Numbered from the stretch's first letter, positions 35,972 through 46,200 are shown. The stretch is DNA of 64,000 bases from Clostridia bacterium (GCA_017461945.1 JAFTSB010000067.1:42781-106780), one strand, 5' to 3'. The notes: generated by a model not told the origin, from the sequence alone. Numbers and translations: made by a program.

Positions 35972-36014
35972 AAAATGAATAAAGAGGGGCGTATTGCCCC
36001 TCTTTATTCATTTT
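35972..36014 (-). terminator. Intrinsic terminator
   Basis: aaaatgaataaagaggggc/gcccctctttattcatttt stem. Confidence 0.8.
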
Positions 36015-36020
36015 GGGTCA

Positions 36021-37172
36021 TCAATATTCCAATGCTGCATAGATCAAATTGCGCAGTCTGGGATGTACAATGGGCTCTTTGCTGTTCAGCATGTGCTGCA
36101 GATAAACAATAGAAAGCTCCTTTTCTGGGTCACAATGCACATATGCCCCCGCAGCACCTCCCCAGGCAAATTCACCAAGCGAGGTAAGCGATCCGCCCTT
36201 TGCCGGGCTGATAAAGGTGCGAACGCCAAAGCCGTAGCCATAGCCACGGAAAGCATCCCAGTTGAAATCGGGACGCGTGTTATCATCCAGGCAGTCCGAA
36301 CGCATCAGATCCACCGCACGTCCGGAGAGAATACGGTTGCCATTGGGAGCAACGCCCTTGTGCGTCAACGTCTCAGCAAACAGAATATAGTCGTCCACGC
36401 AAGAAATGCACCCTGCCCCACCGCTTTCAAACTTGGGGCCAAAGATATGATCGTTTTTAAAGCCAAACTCAATCGGCTTTCCCTGTGCAGCGTCGAACTT
36501 ATATTGCATGGCCATTCGTGGGATCAGATCATCGGTCAGGTGATAATAAGAATTCTTCATCCCGATCGGATCAAAAATATTTTTTTGCACATAATTGCCA
36601 AAGGATTCTCCGGTCACCACCTCGATAATGCGTGCCAACACATCGTGTGAAAAACCGTACATCCAATGCTCGCCCGGATGGAAATTCAAGGGACGAGTGG
36701 CAAAGGCCTTGATGATATCAGCAGTGCTGGGGGCGCCGTTGTGCTCCTCCATACAAGCCATAATTTCAGGGGCCTTTGTGTTGTAAGCGATACCGGAGGT
36801 CATGGTCATTAAATGCCAAATGCGCAAGGTGTGACGGGCGGGAACGGTGGAGCTTGCACCTCTTGCATCCATCACCTTTACTTTGGGGTTAACATATTCG
36901 GGTAGATACTTACTAACCGGCTCCTGCAAAAGGATTTTTCCTCGCTCCAGCTGCTGCAGGGCCGCCACCATTGTCAAGAGCTTAGAGGCGGAATACATAT
37001 AATAAAGATCGTCACGGCGAATCGGTTCTGCGGTGGCCAGATTACGATATCCGGCGCTGTGCCGATAGATTTCTTTTCCCTTTTGATAGATTACAATATC
37101 TCTGGAAGGAACGCCCTCCAAATCATACAAATTGTCAATGTATTCAGTCAAATATTTGAAATTCATAGCCAT
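36021..37172 (-). CDS. Serine hydrolase, beta-lactamase/esterase family VIII
   Basis: SASK (SxxK), HLMTMTSG, PGEHWMYG and WGGAAG. Confidence 0.88.
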   Translation of the reverse strand: MAMNFKYLTEYIDNLYDLEGVPSRDIVIYQKGKEIYRHSAGYRNLATAEPIRRDDLYYMYSASKLLTMVAALQQLERGKILLQEPVSKYLPEYVNPKVKVMDARGASSTVPARHTLRIWHLMTMTSGIAYNTKAPEIMACMEEHNGAPSTADIIKAFATRPLNFHPGEHWMYGFSHDVLARIIEVVTGESFGNYVQKNIFDPIGMKNSYYHLTDDLIPRMAMQYKFDAAQGKPIEFGFKNDHIFGPKFESGGAGCISCVDDYILFAETLTHKGVAPNGNRILSGRAVDLMRSDCLDDNTRPDFNWDAFRGYGYGFGVRTFISPAKGGSLTSLGEFAWGGAAGAYVHCDPEKELSIVYLQHMLNSKEPIVHPRLRNLIYAALEY

Positions 37173-37180
37173 CCTCCCCC

Positions 37181-37909
37181 TTATTTTGCTTGGTACATTG
37201 TGCTTTCGTTTTCCGGCGTTGCGTTCAATTCTTTGCCAAAGATCGTATCAAACAGCATATCCGCAAACAAATGGTGCATTTCTCTCGTAGGGTGATTGAT
37301 GCGATTGCACAGCATCATAGTGGTATCCTCGGTCTTGCTTTTTTTCTTCCAGACCGAATAGCAATCACACACCGTAACGCCCATTTCCCTGGCCAAATCG
37401 CAAGCTTTTCCAATAAACAGATCCATTTTGCCGCTGTTTTGCATATCGGCGGTTTTGTGGGCGTAATCCCACCAGCGTTTTTCGGTATCCTCGGCCACGT
37501 AGGTATTCAGCATATTGGGAGACAGATAAATAACATCCGCCCCCGAGGCAAGACATTTTGCAAAAATTTCGCGCATAGCCTCAAGAAAGCTTTCCAGTTC
37601 CTTGTTCACATCATTAAGGCCAAAACAAACAATTACAAGGTCGGGCTCGTGCTTCAGCACCTGCTTTTCCAAACGCGCCACCGAGGCCTTGGCGGTGGTA
37701 CCGCCGATAGCGGCATTGATCACGTTAACCGGCACGTAATTCCGCACCTTATTCAGCTTTTGCCGCAACAGATTCCAGTAAACAGTATCATAATCGATTT
37801 CGCCCTGTAGGGCACCGTGTGTGACACTGTCGCCAAAAGCAACAATTGTAATCGGACCGTACTTTTCCAGATCGGCGCGCTCCATATACAATTTATCTTT
37901 AATATGCAT
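37181..37909 (-). CDS. SGNH/GDSL hydrolase
   Basis: AFGDSVT, FGLND and NHP blocks. Confidence 0.88.
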   Translation of the reverse strand: MHIKDKLYMERADLEKYGPITIVAFGDSVTHGALQGEIDYDTVYWNLLRQKLNKVRNYVPVNVINAAIGGTTAKASVARLEKQVLKHEPDLVIVCFGLNDVNKELESFLEAMREIFAKCLASGADVIYLSPNMLNTYVAEDTEKRWWDYAHKTADMQNSGKMDLFIGKACDLAREMGVTVCDCYSVWKKKSKTEDTTMMLCNRINHPTREMHHLFADMLFDTIFGKELNATPENESTMYQAK

Positions 37910-38089
37910 CGGACATCCCTCCCATCGGTTTCTTTTATTATACTCTTTTAAGCAACCACCCGTCAACCCTTTTTCACAAAAAGCAAGATATTGAAAGAAA
38001 ACTTGACCAAAAACTTTGATTTTGAGAGTTTAGGGCGGTTTTTTTATCGATTTTAAAGGAAAACAGCGATTTTTCCCCTTTTTGACCCA

Positions 38090-38118
38090 TTGACGAGTAC
38101 CCTAAATTGTGATATAAT
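38090..38118 (+). promoter_or_regulatory. SigmaA promoter
   Basis: TTGACG-17-TATAAT with extended TG. Confidence 0.75.
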
Positions 38119-38163
38119 TAGGCTATCCTAATAATATTGAGGAAAGGAGAACCCACACCGAAC

Positions 38164-38281
38164 ATGGACGCGGACAGTTGTACCCCCAAGCACGACGAAC
38201 CCCCTTTACAATCTTGGCTGTTTTGTGATGGACATAACCCGATGCTTATGTAAATAAGCGTTTTTGGTTATGCCTTTTTTT
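38164..38281 (+). promoter_or_regulatory. Putative leader peptide (38164-38253) and attenuator
   Basis: uORF MDADSCTPKHDEPPLQSWLFCDGHNPMLM; its stop lies in the loop of a hairpin followed by a T run, upstream of the main ORF. Confidence 0.5.
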
Positions 38282-38316
38282 GCGCCTATTTTTAAATTGT
38301 AAAGGAGTTTTTTAAC

Positions 38317-39660
38317 ATGAATATTGCTTTGATGCTATTGCTTCAGGTCGTTCTGATCGCCCTGAATGCCATTTTTGCCTGTGCCGAAATTGCGGTGATC
38401 AGCACCAATCCTGCCAAGCTGGAGCAGCTGGCCGAAAAAGGTGATAAGCGCGCCAAGCGGCTGCTGAAATTAACCGCCCAACCCGCCCGTTTTTTGGCCA
38501 CGATTCAGGTCGCCATTACCCTTTCCGGCTTTTTGGGCTCTGCGTTTGCAGCAGATAACTTTGCCGAGCCCCTCGTTCATTGGCTAGAGAGTATAGGCTT
38601 ACATATCCCCGAGGCGGTTATCGTGATTTTGATCACATTGATCCTGTCCTTTTTCACGCTTGTTTTTGGTGAGCTTGTTCCCAAGCGTCTTGCCCAGCGA
38701 AAGGCCGAATCGCTCTCCCTTGGCATTTCCGGCTTGGTTTACGGTATTTCCAAGATTTTTGCCCCTTTGGTAGCCCTTCTGACGGTTTCCACCAACGGCA
38801 TTTTGCGATTGTTTCACATCGATCCCAATGCCACTGAGGAGGATGTCAGCGAGGAGGATATCAAGTTGACGATTGATACTGCCTCCAAGCAGGGATCCAT
38901 TGAAGAAGAAGAAAAAGAACTGATCCAAAATATTTTTGAATTTGACGATCTGACGGCCGGTGAGATCGTAACTCACCGCACCGAGCTGGCTTTGCTTTGG
39001 ACCGAGGAAAGCGACGAGGAGTGGGAAAACACCATCAAGACCAACCGCTTTACCCTTTACCCTGTTTGTGAAGAAAGCGTTGACAAGGTGGTGGGTATTC
39101 TCAGCACCAAGGATTATTTCCGTTTGGAGAGCACCGATCGCGAAACCGTTATGAAAGAGGCTGTCCGTCCCGCTTATTTCGTCCCCGATGGCGTGAAGGC
39201 TGACGTATTGTTCCGCAATATGAAGCAAGAGCGCGTTTCTTTAGCCGTGGTCATCGACGAGCACGGTGGCGTACTGGGCATCGTTACCATGAACGACCTG
39301 ATCGAATGTCTGTTGGGCGACCTGACCGACGAGGAGACCCCCATTGCTCCCGAGCCTGAAATCCAGGCCTTGGAGGACGGTAGCTGGCATGTACTTGGTT
39401 GTGTCACCTTAGATGCCCTTAGTAAGGAGCTTGGCATCGAGATTGAAAACGAGGATTGTGACACCATTGGCGGCCTTGCCCTGGCAAAGCTTGGCTCTAT
39501 CCCCGCCGACGGAACCGGATTTACCGTGGAGACCGAGCAGCTTTCTATCGAGGTAGATAACGTACAAGATCTCCAGGTTGTCAGCGCCCTTGTGCGCATT
39601 CTCCCCCCCGTCCTCACTGAAGAAGACGAGAAAAACACCGATGATGAAGAAAATGAATAA
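38317..39660 (+). CDS. HlyC/CorC (CNNM/DUF21-CBS-CorC) family transporter
   Basis: FACAEIA, LATIQVAIT, VFGELVPKRLA, CBS pair VIDEHGG and CorC domain DTIGG. Confidence 0.92.
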   Translation: MNIALMLLLQVVLIALNAIFACAEIAVISTNPAKLEQLAEKGDKRAKRLLKLTAQPARFLATIQVAITLSGFLGSAFAADNFAEPLVHWLESIGLHIPEAVIVILITLILSFFTLVFGELVPKRLAQRKAESLSLGISGLVYGISKIFAPLVALLTVSTNGILRLFHIDPNATEEDVSEEDIKLTIDTASKQGSIEEEEKELIQNIFEFDDLTAGEIVTHRTELALLWTEESDEEWENTIKTNRFTLYPVCEESVDKVVGILSTKDYFRLESTDRETVMKEAVRPAYFVPDGVKADVLFRNMKQERVSLAVVIDEHGGVLGIVTMNDLIECLLGDLTDEETPIAPEPEIQALEDGSWHVLGCVTLDALSKELGIEIENEDCDTIGGLALAKLGSIPADGTGFTVETEQLSIEVDNVQDLQVVSALVRILPPVLTEEDEKNTDDEENE

Positions 39661-39697
39661 CAACAAGCGCCGTGGAGCTTCCACGGCGCTTGTTGTT
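39659..39697. terminator. Bidirectional terminator
   Basis: aacaacaagcgccgtgga/tccacggcgcttgttgtt stem. Confidence 0.8.
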
Positions 39698-40592
39698 ATA
39701 ATTTTCTTTTTTTGATCGCGTGAATGAAAATATACACTCCTATTAAAATTGCAACGCTGATACCTAAAATGAGGTACATAACAGAAGTGCTGACCAAATG
39801 ATCGAAAAAATAGAGGTTACAATCCAACGCATCTCGCAATCCAACCATCGTCTGTTCGGGAACGCCTTCCTTTTCCAATTGCTCCAGTGCCCCTCGCATG
39901 GCGTGATTGCGGATCAGCGAGGTTCCATAAGTGCCGGGCAAAAAAGAGATCACCGTGCGCAGGCCTTCTCCAAAGGTGGAGATTGGCATATATGCACCGC
40001 AAATAAAACCATATCCCGCGCTGACCAATGTTCCAACAGCAGAGATCTGCCCCTGTGTCGACAAAAAGACGTTAATAATGGAAGAAAGTGCCGTGCCAAA
40101 CAACACCAGCAGGAAAACATCCAAAAGAAGTAAGAATACATCTGCAACAGAAAAATACCAACCCACAAACCCGATATAAATCAGGCACACAGCAGCCGCC
40201 ACAAGGCAAACCAATAATGTGGAAAGCAGCGTCGCGGTATAATAACTGATCGACAATGCCGCAGGACGGAGCGGTGAGATGCAAAAATCCTTATTTGCTC
40301 CGGTCACCTTGTCCTGTACCATTAAAAAATTAGAGCAAAAGGCAACGGTTACGCAAGACACCGCTAAAATGGAGGAGATCAGCTGACCGCCAACAAGGCC
40401 GTTGATCAGCTTTTCTGACAGCTGTAGTTGTGGCGGCAGGTTGGAAAGAAAGCTGTCTCGATATACATTTCCTAAAAAGGTAACATACAGAACCAGCAAA
40501 ATGGCGGGTGTGATCAGCGCGGTAAAAAACATCCCCTTATCTTTAAAAAACAGCTTGACATGGCGTTTTATCAAGATGATTGTTGTGTTCAT
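39696..40592 (-). CDS. ABC-2 type transporter permease
   Basis: Six TM helices, GAYMP motif, overlaps the ATPase gene. Confidence 0.85.
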   Translation of the reverse strand: MNTTIILIKRHVKLFFKDKGMFFTALITPAILLVLYVTFLGNVYRDSFLSNLPPQLQLSEKLINGLVGGQLISSILAVSCVTVAFCSNFLMVQDKVTGANKDFCISPLRPAALSISYYTATLLSTLLVCLVAAAVCLIYIGFVGWYFSVADVFLLLLDVFLLVLFGTALSSIINVFLSTQGQISAVGTLVSAGYGFICGAYMPISTFGEGLRTVISFLPGTYGTSLIRNHAMRGALEQLEKEGVPEQTMVGLRDALDCNLYFFDHLVSTSVMYLILGISVAILIGVYIFIHAIKKRKL

Positions 40593-41503
40593 TTCCCTTC
40601 ACCTCCATTCAATTTCTTGCCGGTAACTGCAAGAAACACATCATCCATTTTCCCCTTTGTGACCTCGAAATCACGGAATGCTGCAGGATGATTTGCGATC
40701 AACTCAGCAGCAGCGCGTGTATTGGGAACAGACAAACGGAATGCATCCCGGATCGGCTCGTACGGAAGACCAAATGCACGAATTGTCTCCTCGCTCTCTC
40801 CGTAAACGGTGATAAAATCCCCGGTGTAGGCGTTTTTCAATTCCAGCGGTGTTCCCTTTGCGGCAATGCTTCCCTCGTCAATGATCACCACGTAATCGGC
40901 CTCTGCTGCCTCTTCCATATAATGCGTCGTTAAAAACACCGTCAGCTGCTCGTCCCTTCTCAAAACCGATAGAACATCCCACAGCATTTTTCGGGTCTGA
41001 GGATCCAATCCTGTGGTGGGCTCGTCCAATATCAGAATCTCGGGCTGATGCAATAAAGCTCTTGCAATATCGATTCTGCGCCGTTGTCCCCCTGAAAGCT
41101 TGGCAACAGGGCGCTTTAAAAGCGGCTCCAGCTCCAATAGCGCAGCAAGAACATTTAACCGCTGACGAAAACGCTCGCCGGTCAAGCCGTAAAGTGCGCC
41201 GCGACACTCTAAATTGTCATACACACACAATGCGCCGTCCAGCACAGAATTCTGAAAGACCACTCCAAGTTTTTGTTTTACCGCATCCGGAGCAATGGCA
41301 GGATCATCTCCGCCTATTAAAATTTTACCGTTATCCTTTGAGAGCTGACCGCACATCATATGAATCGTAGTAGACTTGCCGGCGCCGTTGCTGCCAAGAA
41401 ATGCAAAAAGATCTCCCTTTTTAACGCAAAAGCTGATATCCTTTACCGCCTTTACTTCGCCAAAGCTTTTTTGCAAATGTTCGATTTCAATAATGTTGCT
41501 CAT
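40589..41503 (-). CDS. ABC transporter ATP-binding protein
   Basis: GSNGAGKS, LSGGQ, ILDEPTTGLD and TTHYMEEA. Confidence 0.95.
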   Translation of the reverse strand: MSNIIEIEHLQKSFGEVKAVKDISFCVKKGDLFAFLGSNGAGKSTTIHMMCGQLSKDNGKILIGGDDPAIAPDAVKQKLGVVFQNSVLDGALCVYDNLECRGALYGLTGERFRQRLNVLAALLELEPLLKRPVAKLSGGQRRRIDIARALLHQPEILILDEPTTGLDPQTRKMLWDVLSVLRRDEQLTVFLTTHYMEEAAEADYVVIIDEGSIAAKGTPLELKNAYTGDFITVYGESEETIRAFGLPYEPIRDAFRLSVPNTRAAAELIANHPAAFRDFEVTKGKMDDVFLAVTGKKLNGGEGK

Positions 41504-41600
41504 AATACCCTCCCTTGCCGTTTCTGCTTTTATTTTACACAATCTCTATGAGTTTTGCAATATTTTTTTACTGTTCGGTCAGTTTAAAAGGGTAAACGGC

Positions 41601-41638
41601 AAAAAAGGAACAGACACTTGCGTGTCTGTTCCTTTTTT
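41601..41638 (-). terminator. Intrinsic terminator after fucO
   Basis: aaaaaaggaacagacac/gtgtctgttcctttttt stem. Confidence 0.85.
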
Positions 41639-41643
41639 GTTTA

Positions 41644-42789
41644 TTACATCAGGCTTCTGTAAAGCTCGGCGATCTCGGCCTCGCTGGTTTCGCGAGGGTT
41701 GCCGGGACGGCAGGCATCGGCAAAGGCATCTCTTGCCAGTGCGGGGATATCCTCCTCCTTGGCAACGCCCTTAAGGGAGCACTGAATACCAACGTCTTCA
41801 GCCAACTGGCGAACGGCGTCAACAGCAGCCTTGCGGTATTCTTCCTGGGTCATATTATCTACGCCCTTAACGCCCATAGCACGGGCAATCTCGCGGTATT
41901 TTTCGCCGGTGTAATCCGCATTGTAAGCCATAACGGTGGGCAACAGCGTTGCGCAGGCCTTGCCGTGAGGCATGTCGTAATAAGCGGAGAGGGTATGTGC
42001 CATGGAGTGGTCAACACCAAGACCTACATTCGAGAAGCCCATGCCGGCCACATATTGGCCAAGCGCCATGCCTTCTCTGCCCTCCTGGGTGTTCTCCACA
42101 GCACCGCGCAGACTCTTTGCAATGATTTCAATGGCCTTAATATGGAACATATCAGAAAGCTCCCAAGCGCCCTTGGTGATATATCCCTCGATGGCGTGGG
42201 TCAGTGCATCCATGCCGGTTGCGGCAGTCAGGCCCTTGGGCATCGTGGACATCATATCGGGATCGACCACAGCCACAACAGGGATATCATGCACATCAAC
42301 GCAAACAAACTTACGCTTCTTTTCCACGTCGGTGATTACATAGTTGATGGTAACCTCGGCAGCAGTACCGGCGGTGGTGGGCACAGCAATGATCGGCACG
42401 CAGGGGTTCTTGGTGGGAGCTACACCTTCCAAAGAACGAACATCCTCAAATTCGGGGTTGGCAACGATGATGCCAATCGCCTTGGAGGTATCCATAGAAG
42501 AACCGCCGCCAATGGCAACGATGCAATCTGCGCCGCAAGCCTTAAAGGCCGCAACGCCGTTCTGCACGTTTTCAATGGTGGGGTTTGCCTTGATGTCGGA
42601 ATAAACAGCATAAGGAATCTTGGCGGCATCCAGAAGGTCGGTAACCTTGGCAGTTACACCAAACTTGATCAGATCGGGATCGGAGGCAACGAAGGCCTTC
42701 TTAAAGCCGCGGTTCTTGATCTCGTCAGGAACAACGGAAATGGCTCCTGCGCCGTGGTAAGAGGTCTCATTCAATACAAAACGATTCAT
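41644..42789 (-). CDS. fucO: Lactaldehyde reductase (iron-containing alcohol dehydrogenase)
   Basis: NRFVLNETSYHG, GGGSSMD, PTTAGTAAEVT, DALTHAIEG and HSMAH; adjacent to rhaA. Confidence 0.93.
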   Translation of the reverse strand: MNRFVLNETSYHGAGAISVVPDEIKNRGFKKAFVASDPDLIKFGVTAKVTDLLDAAKIPYAVYSDIKANPTIENVQNGVAAFKACGADCIVAIGGGSSMDTSKAIGIIVANPEFEDVRSLEGVAPTKNPCVPIIAVPTTAGTAAEVTINYVITDVEKKRKFVCVDVHDIPVVAVVDPDMMSTMPKGLTAATGMDALTHAIEGYITKGAWELSDMFHIKAIEIIAKSLRGAVENTQEGREGMALGQYVAGMGFSNVGLGVDHSMAHTLSAYYDMPHGKACATLLPTVMAYNADYTGEKYREIARAMGVKGVDNMTQEEYRKAAVDAVRQLAEDVGIQCSLKGVAKEEDIPALARDAFADACRPGNPRETSEAEIAELYRSLM

Positions 42790-42837
42790 TTGTAGTACCT
42801 TCCTTTATTATTTTTGAAGCAATGTTGCTTTACAAAC

Positions 42838-44088
42838 TTATTTGCGCGCGGCAAGTACATTTTTTTCGTACTGCTGCACTTCTGTAAACCAGCGCTCATC
42901 TGCAGGAACGCCGCAGCGGTTGCAGAACTCCTCCCAAACGATGCATTCGGGATAGAATTTCAGTTCCTCACTCATCACAAGCAGATCGGTGAATTTGCCC
43001 TCATCCTGCAGCTTTTTAAAGGCAGCATGAGGCATCAGCAATGCGCCCAACAAAGCACGCTGCATATTGCGCATGCCAACTACCCAAGCAGCTACGCGAT
43101 TGATGCTGGCATCGAAGAAATCCAGCGCCAACGCCACATCGCCCATGCGGCCGGAAGCCACCAGCTCCTTGGCGATCTCACGGGTCTCATCATCCAAACG
43201 AACAACGTGATCGCTATCCCAGCGAACACCGCGAGTCACGTGCAAAGCAACCTTTTTGTTGAACAAGAACATCGCGGATAGCTTATCGGATACCACCTCG
43301 GTGGGATGATAATGGCCGTTGTCCATCAAGGGCACCAAGCCGTTCTTAGCTACATAGCTCATGGTGAATTCGGCAGATCCAACCGTATAAGACTCCACGC
43401 CAATGCCAAACACCTTGGATTCCAAGCAAACCAGAACCTTCTCCTTATCGTAAGGAATGGAAAGGATCTCGTCCAACGACTGAGCGAAACGCGCACGGGG
43501 GCCCATACGATCTGCGGGGGTATCCTTGTATCCATCGGGAATCCAAATGTTCATTACACAAGGAATGCCGGTCTCATTTGCAAAATATTCAGAAATGCGG
43601 ATGCAAGCCTTACCGTGCTCTACCCAAAAGCGACGGACCTCATCATCGGGCGAGGAGAGGGTCAAGCCGGAGGCGGCCATGGGGTGGGAGAAAAAGGTAG
43701 GATTGAAGTCAATACCCATACCGCGCTCCTTTGCATAGGAAACCCAACGCTTGAAATGCTTAGGCTCCAGCTTGTCGCGATCGGCAAACTCGCCCTTTTC
43801 AAAAATGGCATAGCTAGCATGCAAATTGACCTTATGCTTGCCGCCAATCAGCGAAAAAGCTTTATCCATATCGGCCATCAGTTCCTCAGGCGTGGTAGCG
43901 CGACCGGGATAGTTACCCGTGGTCTGAATGCCACCGGAAAGTGCCTCTTTGGTGTCAAAGCCGCGGACGTCATCCCCTTGCCAGCAATGCATCGAGATGG
44001 CATATTTTTGCAACGCTTTGATGGCGGCCTCGGTATCAACACCCAATGCCGCATATTTAGTTTTAGCCCATTCATAGCAGCTTGCCAT
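42838..44088 (-). CDS. rhaA: L-rhamnose isomerase
   Basis: SMHCWQGDDV, GGIQTTGNYPG, ESKVFGIGVES, GHYHP and VRWDSDHVV. Confidence 0.95.
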   Translation of the reverse strand: MASCYEWAKTKYAALGVDTEAAIKALQKYAISMHCWQGDDVRGFDTKEALSGGIQTTGNYPGRATTPEELMADMDKAFSLIGGKHKVNLHASYAIFEKGEFADRDKLEPKHFKRWVSYAKERGMGIDFNPTFFSHPMAASGLTLSSPDDEVRRFWVEHGKACIRISEYFANETGIPCVMNIWIPDGYKDTPADRMGPRARFAQSLDEILSIPYDKEKVLVCLESKVFGIGVESYTVGSAEFTMSYVAKNGLVPLMDNGHYHPTEVVSDKLSAMFLFNKKVALHVTRGVRWDSDHVVRLDDETREIAKELVASGRMGDVALALDFFDASINRVAAWVVGMRNMQRALLGALLMPHAAFKKLQDEGKFTDLLVMSEELKFYPECIVWEEFCNRCGVPADERWFTEVQQYEKNVLAARK

Positions 44089-44255
44089 GATTTAATCCCC
44101 CTTAAAAGGTTTTATTTTCAATTTCATTGTAACACAAATATGAGAAAATAATAAGAACGGCTATTTCACAAAAATAGGGCTATTTTTAATGAAACCTATT
44201 GCAGAACAACGCTTTTTGTGATATACTGAATGTATCTTACCAAAGGAGTGGCATC

Positions 44256-45254
44256 ATGAGAGAGGATATTCTGACACGCTTGGCTCAAATCAACGAAGAG
44301 GAACGCAAGATCCTGGATGGCGAGCACAAGGTAAACAAGCGCCTTTACACCGCCTTTGCCAAAGAATTTATCGTGAATAGCCACCGCTTGATGCAAGAGG
44401 GCGAGCAGATTGCCCTGCGCCGCCACACACGCTTTGCTGACTTTCCCGCTCACGGTCACAACTATGTAGAAATGACCTACGTAGCCAGCGGTCATGTTAC
44501 CCACGTGATCAAGCACCGCGAGGTTAAAATGCAGGCCGGCGATGTTTTGCTGCTGAACCGCCATACCCAGCACAGCGTACGCAAGACCGGCGAGCACGAT
44601 CTGGCGGTTAACATCATGTTGGCCACAGAATGCTTCCATTCGCTGGCATCGGTGCTGCCCCCGGCATCTCCCCTTTCCTCCTTTATGGCCGAAAACATCC
44701 GCTCCAATGGTGAGCCGGAATATATGCTGTTTTCCACCGAGGGTGTCCCCCCTTTGGAAAACCTGTTTGAAAATCTGACCTATGCCTTGGTAGGCAACGA
44801 CATCACCGGCGTTGACACACTCAAGGCCACGGTGGCCTTAATCCTTCGTTATTTTGGCGAGCTGCCCGAATGTATGATCTCCGCCGCCCGTCACCGTTCG
44901 GATTCCGAGCTGCTGCAGGCACGCATTGAGGACTATCTGCAGACCGATTTCCGCACCGCAACGCTCAGCGAGCTTGCCGAAAAGCTGGGGCTTAGCGTTC
45001 CCTATCTTTCCAAACGCGTACGCGAGCTTTGCGGCTTTACCTTCAGCCAGCTTTTGCAGGAGGAGCGCTTCAAAGAAGCTATTCGCCTTTTGGAGGAAAC
45101 CGATCTTCCCGTTGGCGACATCATTATTGCCGTAGGCTATGAAAATACCAGCTTTTTCCACAATCAATTTAAAGAGCGTTACCATTGCTCCCCTTTCCGA
45201 TGGCGCCGCAATCAGCGATTGCTGCATGAAAATGAAGAGCTTGGTGTACAATAA
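44256..45254 (+). CDS. AraC-family regulator, divergent from rhaA
   Basis: Cupin motif HGHNYVEM and C-terminal double HTH VGYENTSFF. Confidence 0.9.
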   Translation: MREDILTRLAQINEEERKILDGEHKVNKRLYTAFAKEFIVNSHRLMQEGEQIALRRHTRFADFPAHGHNYVEMTYVASGHVTHVIKHREVKMQAGDVLLLNRHTQHSVRKTGEHDLAVNIMLATECFHSLASVLPPASPLSSFMAENIRSNGEPEYMLFSTEGVPPLENLFENLTYALVGNDITGVDTLKATVALILRYFGELPECMISAARHRSDSELLQARIEDYLQTDFRTATLSELAEKLGLSVPYLSKRVRELCGFTFSQLLQEERFKEAIRLLEETDLPVGDIIIAVGYENTSFFHNQFKERYHCSPFRWRRNQRLLHENEELGVQ

Positions 45255-45342
45255 GCAAAAAAGCGCCTTTATGCAGGAAACGGAAACGCCCCTTCCCAAT
45301 AAAATAAAAAACCGGCCGAAATAATCGGCCGGTTTTTTGCAA

Positions 45343-46200
45343 TCAGGAATTTCCGCAGCAACCAGACGAGCGTCCGCCACATCCGCCACTGCCGTTGGCG
45401 GTGGTAGCGGGCGAGGTGATCGGGCAAAATGCCGAGGTCGGGAACGGCATCTTGCGGAAGGTGCAGCAAGGATCCTCCTCGTTCGGCTCGCAGCACTCCT
45501 TGTCGGGCAAGCAGAACTCGGTAGCCTGCACTAAAAGCTGACCGGGACGAACCAACCGAACAACCGAGAAAATACCAAGAGAAACCGTGAGATAGCGAAC
45601 CGCACCATCCCCCATATCTACCAGCGTTCCGTTAACGGTATCTGCCACCGAAGCGGGGATATCGCAGCAGCTGCAGCAGCAATGACAGCTGTTACAAGCC
45701 TCTTGGATCTGCGCCCCAAGCACCACCGGCTCTACCACCTCAACAACCGCCTCGGGATCCTTTTTGGCGCAGCAAACAGGCTCAGGAATCGAGCAAAATC
45801 CGTTGGTATCGCCGCTGCGGAACACGCTGACGCAACTCTCGCCGCCAAACAGCACCACACGCTTTTCCAGCACGGCAACGCCTTCAAATTCCTGGGATTG
45901 CCCCATAGGCACACAGACCTCAAAGGTCAAGGTGATATAAAAGCGGATCGAAACCGAGTAAAAACCGCGATTGAACTGAATGGGATCGGTGGTAATGTTG
46001 GCGCCGCAGAGCTTGGCGCATTTGACGCGAACGTTGTTGGTGCGAGTGATCAGATCCTCTCCGACGGCGGTCAGAAAAACACGCACGTTCTCAAAGCAAT
46101 CTCTGTCACGGCAGGCGTCCAGAATACGAGAGGCTTCAATGCCAAAGCTCTCACTCGCCCCCGAAGAATGTCCGAGACAGGAATATCTGTTTTCTCCCAT
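45343..46200 (-). CDS. Cys-rich hypothetical protein, possible spore coat protein
   Basis: CHCCCSCC and other Cys clusters; aggagg SD; bounded by hairpins. Confidence 0.7.
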   Translation of the reverse strand: MGENRYSCLGHSSGASESFGIEASRILDACRDRDCFENVRVFLTAVGEDLITRTNNVRVKCAKLCGANITTDPIQFNRGFYSVSIRFYITLTFEVCVPMGQSQEFEGVAVLEKRVVLFGGESCVSVFRSGDTNGFCSIPEPVCCAKKDPEAVVEVVEPVVLGAQIQEACNSCHCCCSCCDIPASVADTVNGTLVDMGDGAVRYLTVSLGIFSVVRLVRPGQLLVQATEFCLPDKECCEPNEEDPCCTFRKMPFPTSAFCPITSPATTANGSGGCGGRSSGCCGNS

